Origin: a virus
Virus record (IMG/VR): IMGVR_UViG_3300027749_000093
Location: 8,428 to 72,427 of that record
Reading direction: 5' to 3' (one strand)
Length of the DNA: 64,000 nt
The position numbers and the translations under genes are program-made. A model generated the notes under the pieces. It had not been told where the DNA came from. It did no database searches and saw nothing but the letters and a program-made list of their open reading frames with translations. Below, piece after piece: positions 41,536 to 52,009 of this stretch; within the stretch, counting starts at the first letter, position 1; each line of letters starts with the position of its first letter.

Positions 41536-42426
41536 ATGAAAGTAGTTAAAGGTAAATTCAATGACTTGTCAGATGAATTGATGAAAAGAATTCCTGTCTT
41601 AAAAAGAGGAGAACAAGTTACTTACATCATGAACAACGGGCTAAAGAACCCTGACCCTGACCCTGACGAACAAAAGAAACGACCAATGCTTTACCCAAAG
41701 CAAAACTTACCCATGAGTGATTACATCAAAGACCTTGATGGAACATGGAAACATATTGTAGTAGCCGATAGTTGGGATGGAGACAAGCCTGCAAGAGAAA
41801 GATTCTTTATGCCGGGGCTAGACTTAGGTGGTTTATTTAATGGCAAATTTACTTTAGTAGGTGGAAATGCAAAGGATGAAGAATTATATGAATTTCTTTG
41901 TGTAACTAACTATAATGAGTCTTCTGTATTAGGAGAAAATAAGGATGAAACAAAACCATCTTTATTTAAACAAATGAACTTAAAAGCAGAAGCTAAAGAA
42001 ACAACTAATAAAATAGCAATTCTTAGAAAAGCACTTGACTTGGCAGTATCTATGGATGAGAAAGATGCACAAGAGTTTGCAGCATCATTGAATTGGAGTG
42101 TATATACTGAATGGGTTGAATTACAGGCTAAAGTAGTAGACTTTGCTAGAACAAACCCTGACGAATTCTTAAAGTATTATCAAGACCCACAAAAAATGAT
42201 TAAGGCGCAAATTAAAACAGCCTTAGATAAGGGTATTATTACATACGATTTGAATAAAGGTGAAGTAAAAATGGGAGATAATTCATTAGTAGTCCTTAAA
42301 AAAGAAGACAGAAATAATTTCTTAAATACTTTTGCGCTTTGGTTTAATACAGCTAAGAATGGTAAATCAATCTTAGAACAAATCAATCAGCAGTTAGCCG
42401 AAAAGAAAGAAGCAGTATTGTTTTAA
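41536..42426 (+). CDS. conserved post-MCP protein (position of crAss-like gene 75)
   Basis: FARTNPDEFL...ALDKGII motif and synteny. Confidence 0.55.
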   Translation: MKVVKGKFNDLSDELMKRIPVLKRGEQVTYIMNNGLKNPDPDPDEQKKRPMLYPKQNLPMSDYIKDLDGTWKHIVVADSWDGDKPARERFFMPGLDLGGLFNGKFTLVGGNAKDEELYEFLCVTNYNESSVLGENKDETKPSLFKQMNLKAEAKETTNKIAILRKALDLAVSMDEKDAQEFAASLNWSVYTEWVELQAKVVDFARTNPDEFLKYYQDPQKMIKAQIKTALDKGIITYDLNKGEVKMGDNSLVVLKKEDRNNFLNTFALWFNTAKNGKSILEQINQQLAEKKEAVLF

Positions 42427-42448
42427 TACACCTTTTTTCTTAAATAAA

Positions 42449-42482
42449 GAATAGCAACCCTAAAAAAGTTGCTATTTTTTTT
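42449..42482 (+). terminator. intrinsic terminator
   Basis: ATAGCAAC-CCTAAAAAA-GTTGCTAT followed by T-tract. Confidence 0.75.
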
Positions 42483-42524
42483 ATATTAATGGTATTTTAA
42501 TCATAAATTTGGAAAACATTTAAA

Positions 42525-43040
42525 ATGGCACTTACAGTAAATTTTTCGGTAGCAAGTAATATTACGACACCTACCGTTATAACTTTGGCTGATACCTCAA
42601 CAGGAACAGATAACACTATTACCCAAAGAAGAGTATATCTTCAAAAGGCAGATGGTAGCTATTTAACCCCTAAAGGTTCAACTACTAATTATATCACTTG
42701 GATTTATGCAGATAGTACGATAGCTATCTCGGTGCTAGACCAAGACTATGCATTAAACATTACAGTACAATGGTTAGCCTCATCTACTATAGCTTATACA
42801 AAAGCAACACTAGCAGAGTTTAATAATTATGCAGTTACTTATAGAATTAAATTATTAAAAGCACAAGCATCAAATCCAAGATTCATTAATAGCCAAAACT
42901 TTTTCCAAGTAGAGTCTAATGTAACAACTTATATAGATGGTGCTAATAGTGCAGTATCTATAGCAGGAGATATAGACTTAGCACAATTGTGTAATGAAAA
43001 AAATAAGGTTATTATTGCCAATCCTAAATTAGTATACTAA
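42525..43040 (+). CDS. putative structural protein
   Basis: Thr-rich beta protein at start of fibre operon; upstream TAAATTTG promoter element. Confidence 0.5.
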   Translation: MALTVNFSVASNITTPTVITLADTSTGTDNTITQRRVYLQKADGSYLTPKGSTTNYITWIYADSTIAISVLDQDYALNITVQWLASSTIAYTKATLAEFNNYAVTYRIKLLKAQASNPRFINSQNFFQVESNVTTYIDGANSAVSIAGDIDLAQLCNEKNKVIIANPKLVY

Positions 43041-43858
43041 TGTCAGTATCAAATAATATTCAAATAGCAAAGGTTACAATACCGCTAGTAATTAGGGATA
43101 TTGACTTACAATTAGAAACTGATAGACAATTGCCTAGAAAAATCTATATGGCATATAAAGCCCTAAATGATTTATATACACAAGACCCAAACAATGCAAG
43201 TGTAACTTTACTTAGTAATTACTTGTACGCAATGTGTGGAGGGTATTACTTTGAAGCACAAAATATAATTACAGTTGGCGGTGGTGGTACTTTAGTAAAT
43301 CCATCAACAGGATTTGCTTCTTCTTTGGTTGCATTTAATATACAATTTACAGTAGGTGTAAGTGGAATGGTAGCAGGAGATAAGGTTTATACTGTAACAT
43401 ATCCTTATATTATGAATGGAAGTATTACGGTTGAAATGCCGCAATCTAACTTACCTATAGATGAACCAAACCAACTTTCTTACGAAATTGTTTACACAAA
43501 TACTTATGCTACAATTACATTCCTAAATGGTTCACCTAATATTGGAGTGCAAAATGGTATGTTATTCTTAATTAAAGGATTTAGATTTATTTCTGCACAA
43601 GCAAGTGGAAGTACATCATCTTCTCAGCCTAAGTTAACATGGTTAAATGTACCTACAGATTGTACTACATTTAATACACCATTGTCAGGATATACTGTAC
43701 AGATAGTATTTAGAGGTGGATTGGCAGGTGGTGAAATAATTTTAGGAGGAACTCCTACAGGTACACAAATATTATTTGATTCTAATACAGGTAATTTAAC
43801 TGTAGCAGCAAGCAATGGATTTGTAGCAGGAGAACAATTGGCGGTGCAATATATTTAA
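43040..43858 (+). CDS. putative structural (fibre-attachment) protein
   Basis: helical N-terminus plus beta-rich C-terminus; coupled ORF. Confidence 0.45.
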   Translation: MSVSNNIQIAKVTIPLVIRDIDLQLETDRQLPRKIYMAYKALNDLYTQDPNNASVTLLSNYLYAMCGGYYFEAQNIITVGGGGTLVNPSTGFASSLVAFNIQFTVGVSGMVAGDKVYTVTYPYIMNGSITVEMPQSNLPIDEPNQLSYEIVYTNTYATITFLNGSPNIGVQNGMLFLIKGFRFISAQASGSTSSSQPKLTWLNVPTDCTTFNTPLSGYTVQIVFRGGLAGGEIILGGTPTGTQILFDSNTGNLTVAASNGFVAGEQLAVQYI

Positions 43859-43876
43859 TTTTAAAATTTTTTTAGT

Positions 43877-46800
43877 ATGCGTAAAATACTTTTTTTTATA
43901 GTTTTTATTTTTATGTACTTTTTTGGGCAATCTCAATACGCACCAACTTCGGCTAAAACTAGATTTGTAAATGGTATTGGATTATCTACAAAAGATACCG
44001 CTAGTTTATCAAATGCAGGTGATACATTAGCAATGATTGTAGGAAAAGATAGTTTGGTTTATTTTAAATATAAAGGTTATTGGAAACCTATTGCATATAA
44101 TAGTTCTTTAAATTTTTATGTTAAATATAGTGACACCGCAACAATGTTAAGCAGTTATTATAATAAAACTGCTACCAATTCATTACTAAGTAACAAATTA
44201 AATATAAGTGATACAGCTAGTATGTTATCGGGGTATAAAACATATTACCCAAGAAATGCAATTAGCGGAGGAACAGGAATATCATATAATCCTAGTACGG
44301 GTGTTATTACTAATACCTCTAGCGGAACGGTTACAAGTGTGGCAACAAACAATGCAAGTGGAATTACAGGAGGAACAATTACAACTAGTGGAACTATTGC
44401 AGCAGATACTTCTATTCTTGCTACTAGATTAAGAGTTCAAAAAGGAATTGATTCAGTAAGTGCAAATGTCAATTTAAGGGTTATATATACTGACACATCT
44501 AGTATGCTATCGCCTTATTATCGAACCGCAACCGCAACTTCAGCACTAGCTTTAAAACTTAATATTAGCGATACAGCAGCAATGTTATCACCTTATGCAA
44601 GAAGTGCAGTTGGCGGTTATGTTCCGTACACAGGTGCAACAAGTAATGTAAATTTAGGTACTAAAAATATTTACGCAAACGCAATATACACGGGATTTAG
44701 TGCTATTACGGCATCGGGTACACAAGTTGTGTTAACGGTCAATTCAGCACCCGAAATTTTAGTAAGCGGAAGCGGTGGGCAAACTATAAAACTACCCGAT
44801 GCAACTACTTTACAAAACGGAACAACTTATAGTTTTAATAACAACCAAAGTAGTGGGGCAATAACAATAAATAATAACTCTAACACATTAGTAGTTTCTA
44901 TCCCATCGGGCGGATATGCCGAGGTTATTTTATTAGATAATTCAATTGCTGCGGGTAGTTGGGATAGACACTTCCAAGCACCCGCAAACGTAAGTTGGAG
45001 TACAAATACTTTTGACTATCCGGGTTCTATAACATCGGCTACTTGGAATGGTTCTACTATTGCAATTAATAGGGGCGGAACAGGCGCAACAACGGCAAGC
45101 GCAGCATTAACTAATTTGGGTGGGTTATCGATTAGCGACACGGCTACAATGCTATCACCATACATAAGAACGGCAAACTATGGGTTAACTAAAACAGGTC
45201 AAGGATTAGGGGTTGATACTGCTTTAATCGCTACAAGATTAAGAGTGCAAAAGGGGATTGATTCGTTGGCTAGTGTTGTAACGGGTGGTTACGTTCCATA
45301 CACAGGAGCAACAGGAGCAGTTAATTTAGGGGCTTATGGGTTAACATCAAGCGATATATTAGTTAGTAAAAATCAAAATGCAGAAACAAAGAGTACAATA
45401 TCTAACACAACTGCAGGTACAGGTTCAGGAAGTAAATTAAGATTAATATCTGAGTCTACAACTGCAGGGGAAGGTTCACTTGCTAAATTTTCAGGAAGTT
45501 ACACACCTTATAAAACTATTGGAGCAGGTGATTTAGTTTTATATAATACTACTGCAGGTAATATTACTATTTTAAATGATAAAATTAATAAAAATATAAA
45601 CTTTGCAGCAGGTGGTGTATCTACTGCTCAAGCAACATTATTTAGCACAGGAAACTTTGCCATAGGTTCTACTACGGATGATGGGAGCAATCAGTTACAG
45701 GTAACGGGGAGTAGTAAGTTTACGGGTAATGTTACAACAGATGGAACATTTGCAAGTAATTCTGCAACACTTTTAACAAATGGAACAACAGGTGGTGTTT
45801 CTATAACATCAACTAATAATAGAGTTAGAATAAATGGAGGAGTAGATGTTAGTGTAACTAATTTATCCGCAATTTCAGGAAGTTTAAATATTAAAAACGC
45901 ACCTGCAGGTGCTGTTAGTAGCACAGGTTCATTAATAGATGTATTAGCAACTATAAATGGTGGGGCATCAGCAGGTATTGCAAATGTATTAAATTTATCT
46001 TCTCCTCAATCAACACAAGCAAGTGGAGATATGAGGATAATTAATATATCTCCAACATTTACAAAAGATGCAGGTACAGGGGTGTCATTTAGAGGTATTT
46101 ATTATAATCCAAATATTTCGGGTTTAACAAGTGGATTTACTCATAATGCTTATGAAAATACATCGGGAAATGTCTTATTAGGTACAACTAGTGGAAGCAC
46201 AGGAATAGGAGCAACAAGTACAATTAACGCATCTGCTATTTTACAAGTAACAAGCACAACACAAGGGATATTACCACCTAGAATGACCACTACACAAAGA
46301 GATGCAATATCATCACCTGCAACGGGTTTACAAGTATATAATACAACAACAAACACTAATGACTTTTACAATGGTACTGCTTGGGCTAGTGGTGCATCAG
46401 GTACTTACGTTACATCCGTTACAGGAACTTCACCAATAGTTTCTAGCGGTGGAACTACTCCTGCTATTTCTATACCTGTGGCTACTACTTCGGTAAGTGG
46501 ATATTTAAGTAGTACGGATTGGACTACTTTTAATAATAAACAAGCGGCATTAACAAACCCCGTTACAGGTACAGGTACTACTAACTACCTACCTAAATTT
46601 ACAGGTGCAAGTACAATAGGGAATAGTGCAATTACTGATGATGGTACTACTGTTACTTTAAATAGTAGAGCATTGAGTGGAACAAGTGCAAGTTTTAGTG
46701 GAGGAATAAATTTTACAGGAACTCTTGGTTCTAGTTCACCATTAACTATAATACAATCATCGTATGCGGGTGGGGGAAATTCAGCTACAAAAATTGTAGT

Positions 46801-49123
46801 TTATAATCCGTTTAATGGACTTGATTCTAGGCTTGGAATGAGTGTAATGAATACATCAGGTAGTTTTGTAGAATTAATAAGACTTGATGGTTCTACATCA
46901 ATAACTAATATTTATGGTGCATTAAGTGGAACAAGTGCTACATTCTCTAGTAGTGTACAATCTACAAATATTGGAGTAGGTTATGCTCCGCAATCAAATA
47001 TTGGAGCATTTATTTATAGAAACGCATCTGATTATGCATTAGCAGTTCAACAAGATGGTTCAGGTGTACCATTTCAAGTAACAAGCGGTGCAGTAATTAG
47101 ATTGTATGTCGCTAATGGAGGAAATGTAGGTATAAATACAACAAGTCCTTCTTACTTACTAGATGTTAATGGTACAGGAAGGTTTAGTGGGATATTAACT
47201 ACAAGTGGCGGTAGAGTAACTATTCAAGGCACTAATCAAAATGCAGTATGGTTTAATCAAAATGGAGGGGGTACAAGTACAGGTTATTTAGTAGGTAGAA
47301 GTTATTCATCAGACGATGCAAATGATTTCTTTATTTATAATGTAGCAACTTCAACAAGAAATTTAGCCATATCCTCAACAGGAGCAGCTACATTTAGTAG
47401 TAGTATTAATAATTTAGGATTAAATGCTGCCCCTACTTCAACAGGTACAGGAGTTTCTTATTTACAATTTAGAAATACAGGGAATGATTTTTATATAGGA
47501 AATGAAAGTAGTACGGCAGGAGGATTCTTTACAGGCTCTAGTGCTTATGCAAGTGTTTTATATAGTAGTACGGCACAAGAATTTATAATAGGAGGAGTAA
47601 GAAGATTACAAATAGCTACTACAGGAGCAGCTACATTCTCTAGTAGTGTAACGGCAGGTAGTATTACTGCAAATGGTACAGGATATTCAATCTTTCAAGG
47701 TAGTGCATATCTGCAAACTCCTGCATCAACAGGATTATCTTTTGGTTGGAATAGAAGTGGTGGCAATGGTGAGGCAACAATAGTTTGGGGAGCAGCCGCA
47801 GCAGGATATAATTTTGAGATTGCAAGTGTATTAAGTGGAACAATTACTCCAAGACTTACTATATTAACAACAGGTGCTGCCACATTTTCAAGTTCAGTTA
47901 CCGCAACATCATTTATAAAAACAAGTGGCACATCTGCTCAAATATTAGCTGCGGATGGTTCGGTTATTACCGCAGGAGCAAACATTACAATAAGTGGAGG
48001 TACAATATCATCAAGTGGAGTTTCAATAACATTATCTGCAATTGGTTCAACTCCTAATGCTAATGCTGCGACATTAACAGGTTCAGCATTAAATTTAGAA
48101 CCTGCATCTGCATCATTTGGTGGTGTGGTTACAACAGGAACACAAACATTTGCAGGTACTAAAACATTTAGTTCAACTACTGCACAAGTAGTAACAATAA
48201 GAGGAACAAGTGGAGGTGGCACAAATAATTCACAATTAAGATTTTATGGTTCTGCTTCAGCTGCTGATTTATGGGCAATAGGAAGTGAAGTTGCAACAGG
48301 TACAAGTGGAACTGCATTTGATTTTTATAGTATAGCAGGTGCAGCAAATAGATTAAGAATAGATGGAAGTGGTAATGTAGGAATCGGAACAATTACAATC
48401 GGTTCTACATTACAAGTCAATGGTAACGCTGCAATCGGTTATTCAGCAAGTACAGCAGGACCTACTAATGGTCTAGCCGTTGCAGGTGGTGTAACAATAG
48501 GAACTACAACAGACGCAGGATACAAACTAGATGTTAATGGTACAGGAAGGTTTAGTGGTGCATTGAGTGGAACTACTGCTACATTCTCTAGTAGTGTTAA
48601 TGCAGCACAATTAAGTTTAACAGGAACTTTACCATCGGGTAATGTTGCGTTTTATTTAAGTTCAACCATAGGAACACCATCTCCAATCGGAATGTATTTA
48701 GCCCCTAATTATACAACTGCAGGAACAAGTACAATGACTGATTTTACAATTCAAGCAAGTAGTGATAATGGGACAAGAACAACATCAATACATAATGCAT
48801 TAGTAATTAATGATATTGTTAAAGGAACAGGACATACAATTACTGATAATTATGGATTAATAATCAATAACATAGCAGCAGGAACAAATAATACTGCACT
48901 TGCAGTAGGCATGGGGTTAAGTCAATTTCTTGATAAAATTGAATTATCAAGTACTTTAAAATTAGGAGCATATTCAGTATCAGGATTACCTACGGCAGGT
49001 ACGGCAGGTAGAATTGCTTATGTTACCGATGCACTTGCGCCTACATATAATGCAACTGTAGTTGGTGGTGGTTCTGTGAAAACTTTAGTATTTGATAACG
49101 GAACTAATTGGACAGTACATTAA
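43877..49123 (+). CDS. long fibre/adhesin protein with N-terminal signal peptide
   Basis: 1748 aa, Gly/Thr/Ser-rich; repeats SDTAxMLSPY, GYVPYTGAT, TGAATFSSSV, GNVGIGT. Confidence 0.75.
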   Translation: MRKILFFIVFIFMYFFGQSQYAPTSAKTRFVNGIGLSTKDTASLSNAGDTLAMIVGKDSLVYFKYKGYWKPIAYNSSLNFYVKYSDTATMLSSYYNKTATNSLLSNKLNISDTASMLSGYKTYYPRNAISGGTGISYNPSTGVITNTSSGTVTSVATNNASGITGGTITTSGTIAADTSILATRLRVQKGIDSVSANVNLRVIYTDTSSMLSPYYRTATATSALALKLNISDTAAMLSPYARSAVGGYVPYTGATSNVNLGTKNIYANAIYTGFSAITASGTQVVLTVNSAPEILVSGSGGQTIKLPDATTLQNGTTYSFNNNQSSGAITINNNSNTLVVSIPSGGYAEVILLDNSIAAGSWDRHFQAPANVSWSTNTFDYPGSITSATWNGSTIAINRGGTGATTASAALTNLGGLSISDTATMLSPYIRTANYGLTKTGQGLGVDTALIATRLRVQKGIDSLASVVTGGYVPYTGATGAVNLGAYGLTSSDILVSKNQNAETKSTISNTTAGTGSGSKLRLISESTTAGEGSLAKFSGSYTPYKTIGAGDLVLYNTTAGNITILNDKINKNINFAAGGVSTAQATLFSTGNFAIGSTTDDGSNQLQVTGSSKFTGNVTTDGTFASNSATLLTNGTTGGVSITSTNNRVRINGGVDVSVTNLSAISGSLNIKNAPAGAVSSTGSLIDVLATINGGASAGIANVLNLSSPQSTQASGDMRIINISPTFTKDAGTGVSFRGIYYNPNISGLTSGFTHNAYENTSGNVLLGTTSGSTGIGATSTINASAILQVTSTTQGILPPRMTTTQRDAISSPATGLQVYNTTTNTNDFYNGTAWASGASGTYVTSVTGTSPIVSSGGTTPAISIPVATTSVSGYLSSTDWTTFNNKQAALTNPVTGTGTTNYLPKFTGASTIGNSAITDDGTTVTLNSRALSGTSASFSGGINFTGTLGSSSPLTIIQSSYAGGGNSATKIVVYNPFNGLDSRLGMSVMNTSGSFVELIRLDGSTSITNIYGALSGTSATFSSSVQSTNIGVGYAPQSNIGAFIYRNASDYALAVQQDGSGVPFQVTSGAVIRLYVANGGNVGINTTSPSYLLDVNGTGRFSGILTTSGGRVTIQGTNQNAVWFNQNGGGTSTGYLVGRSYSSDDANDFFIYNVATSTRNLAISSTGAATFSSSINNLGLNAAPTSTGTGVSYLQFRNTGNDFYIGNESSTAGGFFTGSSAYASVLYSSTAQEFIIGGVRRLQIATTGAATFSSSVTAGSITANGTGYSIFQGSAYLQTPASTGLSFGWNRSGGNGEATIVWGAAAAGYNFEIASVLSGTITPRLTILTTGAATFSSSVTATSFIKTSGTSAQILAADGSVITAGANITISGGTISSSGVSITLSAIGSTPNANAATLTGSALNLEPASASFGGVVTTGTQTFAGTKTFSSTTAQVVTIRGTSGGGTNNSQLRFYGSASAADLWAIGSEVATGTSGTAFDFYSIAGAANRLRIDGSGNVGIGTITIGSTLQVNGNAAIGYSASTAGPTNGLAVAGGVTIGTTTDAGYKLDVNGTGRFSGALSGTTATFSSSVNAAQLSLTGTLPSGNVAFYLSSTIGTPSPIGMYLAPNYTTAGTSTMTDFTIQASSDNGTRTTSIHNALVINDIVKGTGHTITDNYGLIINNIAAGTNNTALAVGMGLSQFLDKIELSSTLKLGAYSVSGLPTAGTAGRIAYVTDALAPTYNATVVGGGSVKTLVFDNGTNWTVH

Positions 49124-49134
49124 TAAATTAATTT

Positions 49135-49446
49135 ATGTTATACTTAATATTAGCAGCAATATTTAACGCAATGATGGATACACTTACGCATCACTTTGAT
49201 ACTAGCGTATTTAAGGGCTTAAACCCTAAGTGGTGGAATCCTAATGTGTCGTGGCAATACAACAATAATTTTCTAGGAATTGTACGTTTAGATGCGTGGC
49301 ATTTGGCTAAGTTTGGGATGATAGGTTCAATTTGTATGGCTATGATTTCTTACCATCAAATTTTGGGAAATTTTAGTATATTTGTATTGCCGATAATTTG
49401 GTCGGTAACATTTGAAACATTTTATAAACTATTAAGAAAACCATGA
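49135..49446 (+). CDS. small membrane protein
   Basis: hydrophobic segments; SW..K/Y...DAWHLAK motif. Confidence 0.6.
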   Translation: MLYLILAAIFNAMMDTLTHHFDTSVFKGLNPKWWNPNVSWQYNNNFLGIVRLDAWHLAKFGMIGSICMAMISYHQILGNFSIFVLPIIWSVTFETFYKLLRKP

Positions 49447-49688
49447 AAAAAACAATCGCAACCATCGCAATCGTAAGTCTTTTAGCATTTACCGCAGACA
49501 AGTTTATTACGATTAAGTTTACTGAACCACAAATTAACTACCATTGGCAAACATTAAACAACATTAAAGCATTGGTAGACAAATCAGAGATGCCGCATAC
49601 GCAAGTTCAGTACATTGTAAAGGGTATCGATTCATTACAACACGACATTCAATTGTCGGCTAAAATTGATTCAACATCTAAAAAATAA
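49443..49688 (+). CDS. small exported protein
   Basis: MKKTIATIAIVSLLAF signal-like N-terminus. Confidence 0.55.
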   Translation: MKKTIATIAIVSLLAFTADKFITIKFTEPQINYHWQTLNNIKALVDKSEMPHTQVQYIVKGIDSLQHDIQLSAKIDSTSKK

Positions 49689-49691
49689 AAT

Positions 49692-50075
49692 ATGAAACAT
49701 TTATTTATTGCACTTTTACTTTTGCCTTTTGCAGCATTTGCACAAATTGGAAATATTACACAAGACACAACCGTAGTTAATGGTGATACTGTTTATTATA
49801 CGCATGGTGCTGCTTTAATTAACCCATGTATTGTAAATGCCAAAGGCGATACTGCTTATAGTCTTACATGGAGTGCATTTGGCTTAAATCAAGCAGGAGG
49901 TAGTTGTAATACTTATGTTGTATTACATGACAAAAAGAATGCACAAGTAGCTGACTTTAATCAACTTATTCCTGCTGATGTAGTAGCAGTATGGGGAGTA
50001 GATTCTGCACCCGTAACTGATTACATTTTGTTTATGAATAAGCGGTTTATCAAGTACACGGCTAAATCAAAATAA
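49692..50075 (+). CDS. exported protein
   Basis: MKHLFIALLLLPFAAFA/Q Sec signal peptide. Confidence 0.6.
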   Translation: MKHLFIALLLLPFAAFAQIGNITQDTTVVNGDTVYYTHGAALINPCIVNAKGDTAYSLTWSAFGLNQAGGSCNTYVVLHDKKNAQVADFNQLIPADVVAVWGVDSAPVTDYILFMNKRFIKYTAKSK

Positions 50076-50095
50076 AACCTTATATTTGGTACATA

Positions 50096-51016
50096 ATGAG
50101 ATTAATAACTTTTATATGTGTTTTGTTTTTTGCGTTATCAATTAATGCACAAACTCAATATCCTCGTGGGTTACCATCTCCATCATCAAATGGGTACATT
50201 AAAGAAGGTTATACTCAAATTGATAGCGGTATTATTACCAATGTCAGAGATACATTCCTTGCAAAGTACCCTACGTTAATTAAATGGTCAGGTAATAATA
50301 AATACTACTATACCAACGGGAATGGTACTGCATGGTATCCGCTTACAACTAATGCTACTATATTTTCTGTAAATTCAGGATGGGGATTAGTAAAAGTAAA
50401 TGATTCTACTTTAAAGGCAGATACATCTATCAATGGTGTAGCTACATGGGCTTTACTGAAAAAGAAAATAGATAGCATAGGTGCATTAAAGGTTAATTAT
50501 ACCGATACCGCATCTATGCTTTCTCATTATATCCGTACAGGTTCAGCCGGAACTGTTACATCTGTAGCTACAGGATTTGGTTTGTTAGGAGGAACAATAA
50601 CTACTACAGGTACACTTAAAGCAGATACATCTAATGGAGGGCTTACTACATGGGCTTTGACTAAAAAGAAAGTTGATAGTCTTGGTGCAGTAAAAGTAAA
50701 CATAGCAGACACCGCTTCCATGCTTACACCATATGTACGCAAATCTTCTACAAATTCTATTTTATATTCGGGTTCAGTAAACGTAGGTAATATTGTTACG
50801 GGTGGGGTTAATATAACCGTTACATTTCCATCTGCGCTAAGTACATCATCTTATTTTATCCTAGGCAGTATTGTAAGCAATGGAACTCCTGAATTAGATG
50901 CTACCGTTTTATGGGTTATTACAAACAGAAGTACAACAAGTTTTACTATACATTTTAGGGAGGATGCAGAAGTAGCACAAAACATAGCATTTGAATATAT
51001 TTTATTTGCAAAATAA
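50096..51016 (+). CDS. short fibre-like exported protein
   Basis: signal MRLITFICVLFFALSINA/Q; DTASML and GTVTSVAT repeats shared with long fibre; C-terminal beta domain. Confidence 0.65.
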   Translation: MRLITFICVLFFALSINAQTQYPRGLPSPSSNGYIKEGYTQIDSGIITNVRDTFLAKYPTLIKWSGNNKYYYTNGNGTAWYPLTTNATIFSVNSGWGLVKVNDSTLKADTSINGVATWALLKKKIDSIGALKVNYTDTASMLSHYIRTGSAGTVTSVATGFGLLGGTITTTGTLKADTSNGGLTTWALTKKKVDSLGAVKVNIADTASMLTPYVRKSSTNSILYSGSVNVGNIVTGGVNITVTFPSALSTSSYFILGSIVSNGTPELDATVLWVITNRSTTSFTIHFREDAEVAQNIAFEYILFAK

Positions 51017-51022
51017 TTAAAG

Positions 51023-51274
51023 ATGGAACAAGGCTTACCGCAAAAAAGAAGATTAGGAATAACACAAGGGGAACTTGCAGGGGTTGCAATACTTGTCGTA
51101 GGCGCAATATTGATGTTTTGGAAAACAACCGATGTGAGATTATCAGCATTAGAAATTCGTCTTAATGGACAGGATAAAATGCAAGAACAAATTAATACAA
51201 AACTAGACAAGCTACAAGAAAGCATTAATACTGTCAACTTAACATTAAAAGATAAGGTTGATAAAAAACAATAA
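51023..51274 (+). CDS. single-TM coiled-coil protein (holin/antiholin-like)
   Basis: one TM helix plus coiled coil, in lysis cluster. Confidence 0.5.
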   Translation: MEQGLPQKRRLGITQGELAGVAILVVGAILMFWKTTDVRLSALEIRLNGQDKMQEQINTKLDKLQESINTVNLTLKDKVDKKQ

Positions 51275-51291
51275 CAATTAAAACTACAATT

Positions 51292-51432
51292 ATGATTCAA
51301 TTCATTACAGACAACAAAGCAGCCCTTTTAGGTGCAGCACTAGCAATCAGCGAAGTACTTGCTTCTATCCCATCGGTTAAAGCAAATAGTTTATTTCAAT
51401 TAATTTTCGGTTGGCTAAGTAAAAAACCATAG
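51292..51432 (+). CDS. putative holin (46 aa, not in ORF track)
   Basis: MIQFITDNKAALLGAALAISEVLASIPSVKANSLFQLIFGWLSKKP. Confidence 0.55.
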   Translation: MIQFITDNKAALLGAALAISEVLASIPSVKANSLFQLIFGWLSKKP

Positions 51433-51433
51433 C

Positions 51434-52009
51434 ATGAAATACCTTATAGTATTTATTCTCATCTTGTCCTGTAACCCACAAAAAAGGATAGCTAGACAAG
51501 ATGAGAAAGCTATTAACTATGTATCTGCAAAAAAACCATTGCTAGATAGACTAACACCAATCGTATTAGCTATACATCCATGCGTTACAGAAGTAGTACG
51601 AACAGATAGCATAACTACATACGTTACAGATACTATAACACAAAGAATAAACGTACCCTACTCTGTATACAAAAACAAGGTACTTGATACAATTATAAAC
51701 AACATATCTATTTTTGCTGATTCAACTACCATAATGCTTAAATACTTAGGTTCAGTAAAGATTCAAACAAATACGGTTTTTAAGACGATTAAAGACGAGT
51801 CAGAGTTAAATCGATACAAAGACACACTAATTGTATTTAAGGTCAAGGAAGGGCAGTATATAGGGCAAATAAAGCAATTGCAGGATGATGTAATGGTTGC
51901 GGATAAGGGAAAAGACACATGGTTAAGAAACTTTTGGGTATTACTTGTATCTATGATATCAATTCAAATGCTTTTGTTGTACTTTAAATTAAAGAAAGGA
52001 AAACTATAA
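51434..52009 (+). CDS. putative unimolecular spanin
   Basis: lipoprotein signal MKYLIVFILILSC plus C-terminal TM helix ending in basic residues. Confidence 0.65.
   Translation: MKYLIVFILILSCNPQKRIARQDEKAINYVSAKKPLLDRLTPIVLAIHPCVTEVVRTDSITTYVTDTITQRINVPYSVYKNKVLDTIINNISIFADSTTIMLKYLGSVKIQTNTVFKTIKDESELNRYKDTLIVFKVKEGQYIGQIKQLQDDVMVADKGKDTWLRNFWVLLVSMISIQMLLLYFKLKKGKL

Noticed and set aside
43877-51016. Diversity-generating retroelement acting on fibres
   Set aside because: No reverse transcriptase and no template/variable repeat pair differing only at adenines was seen
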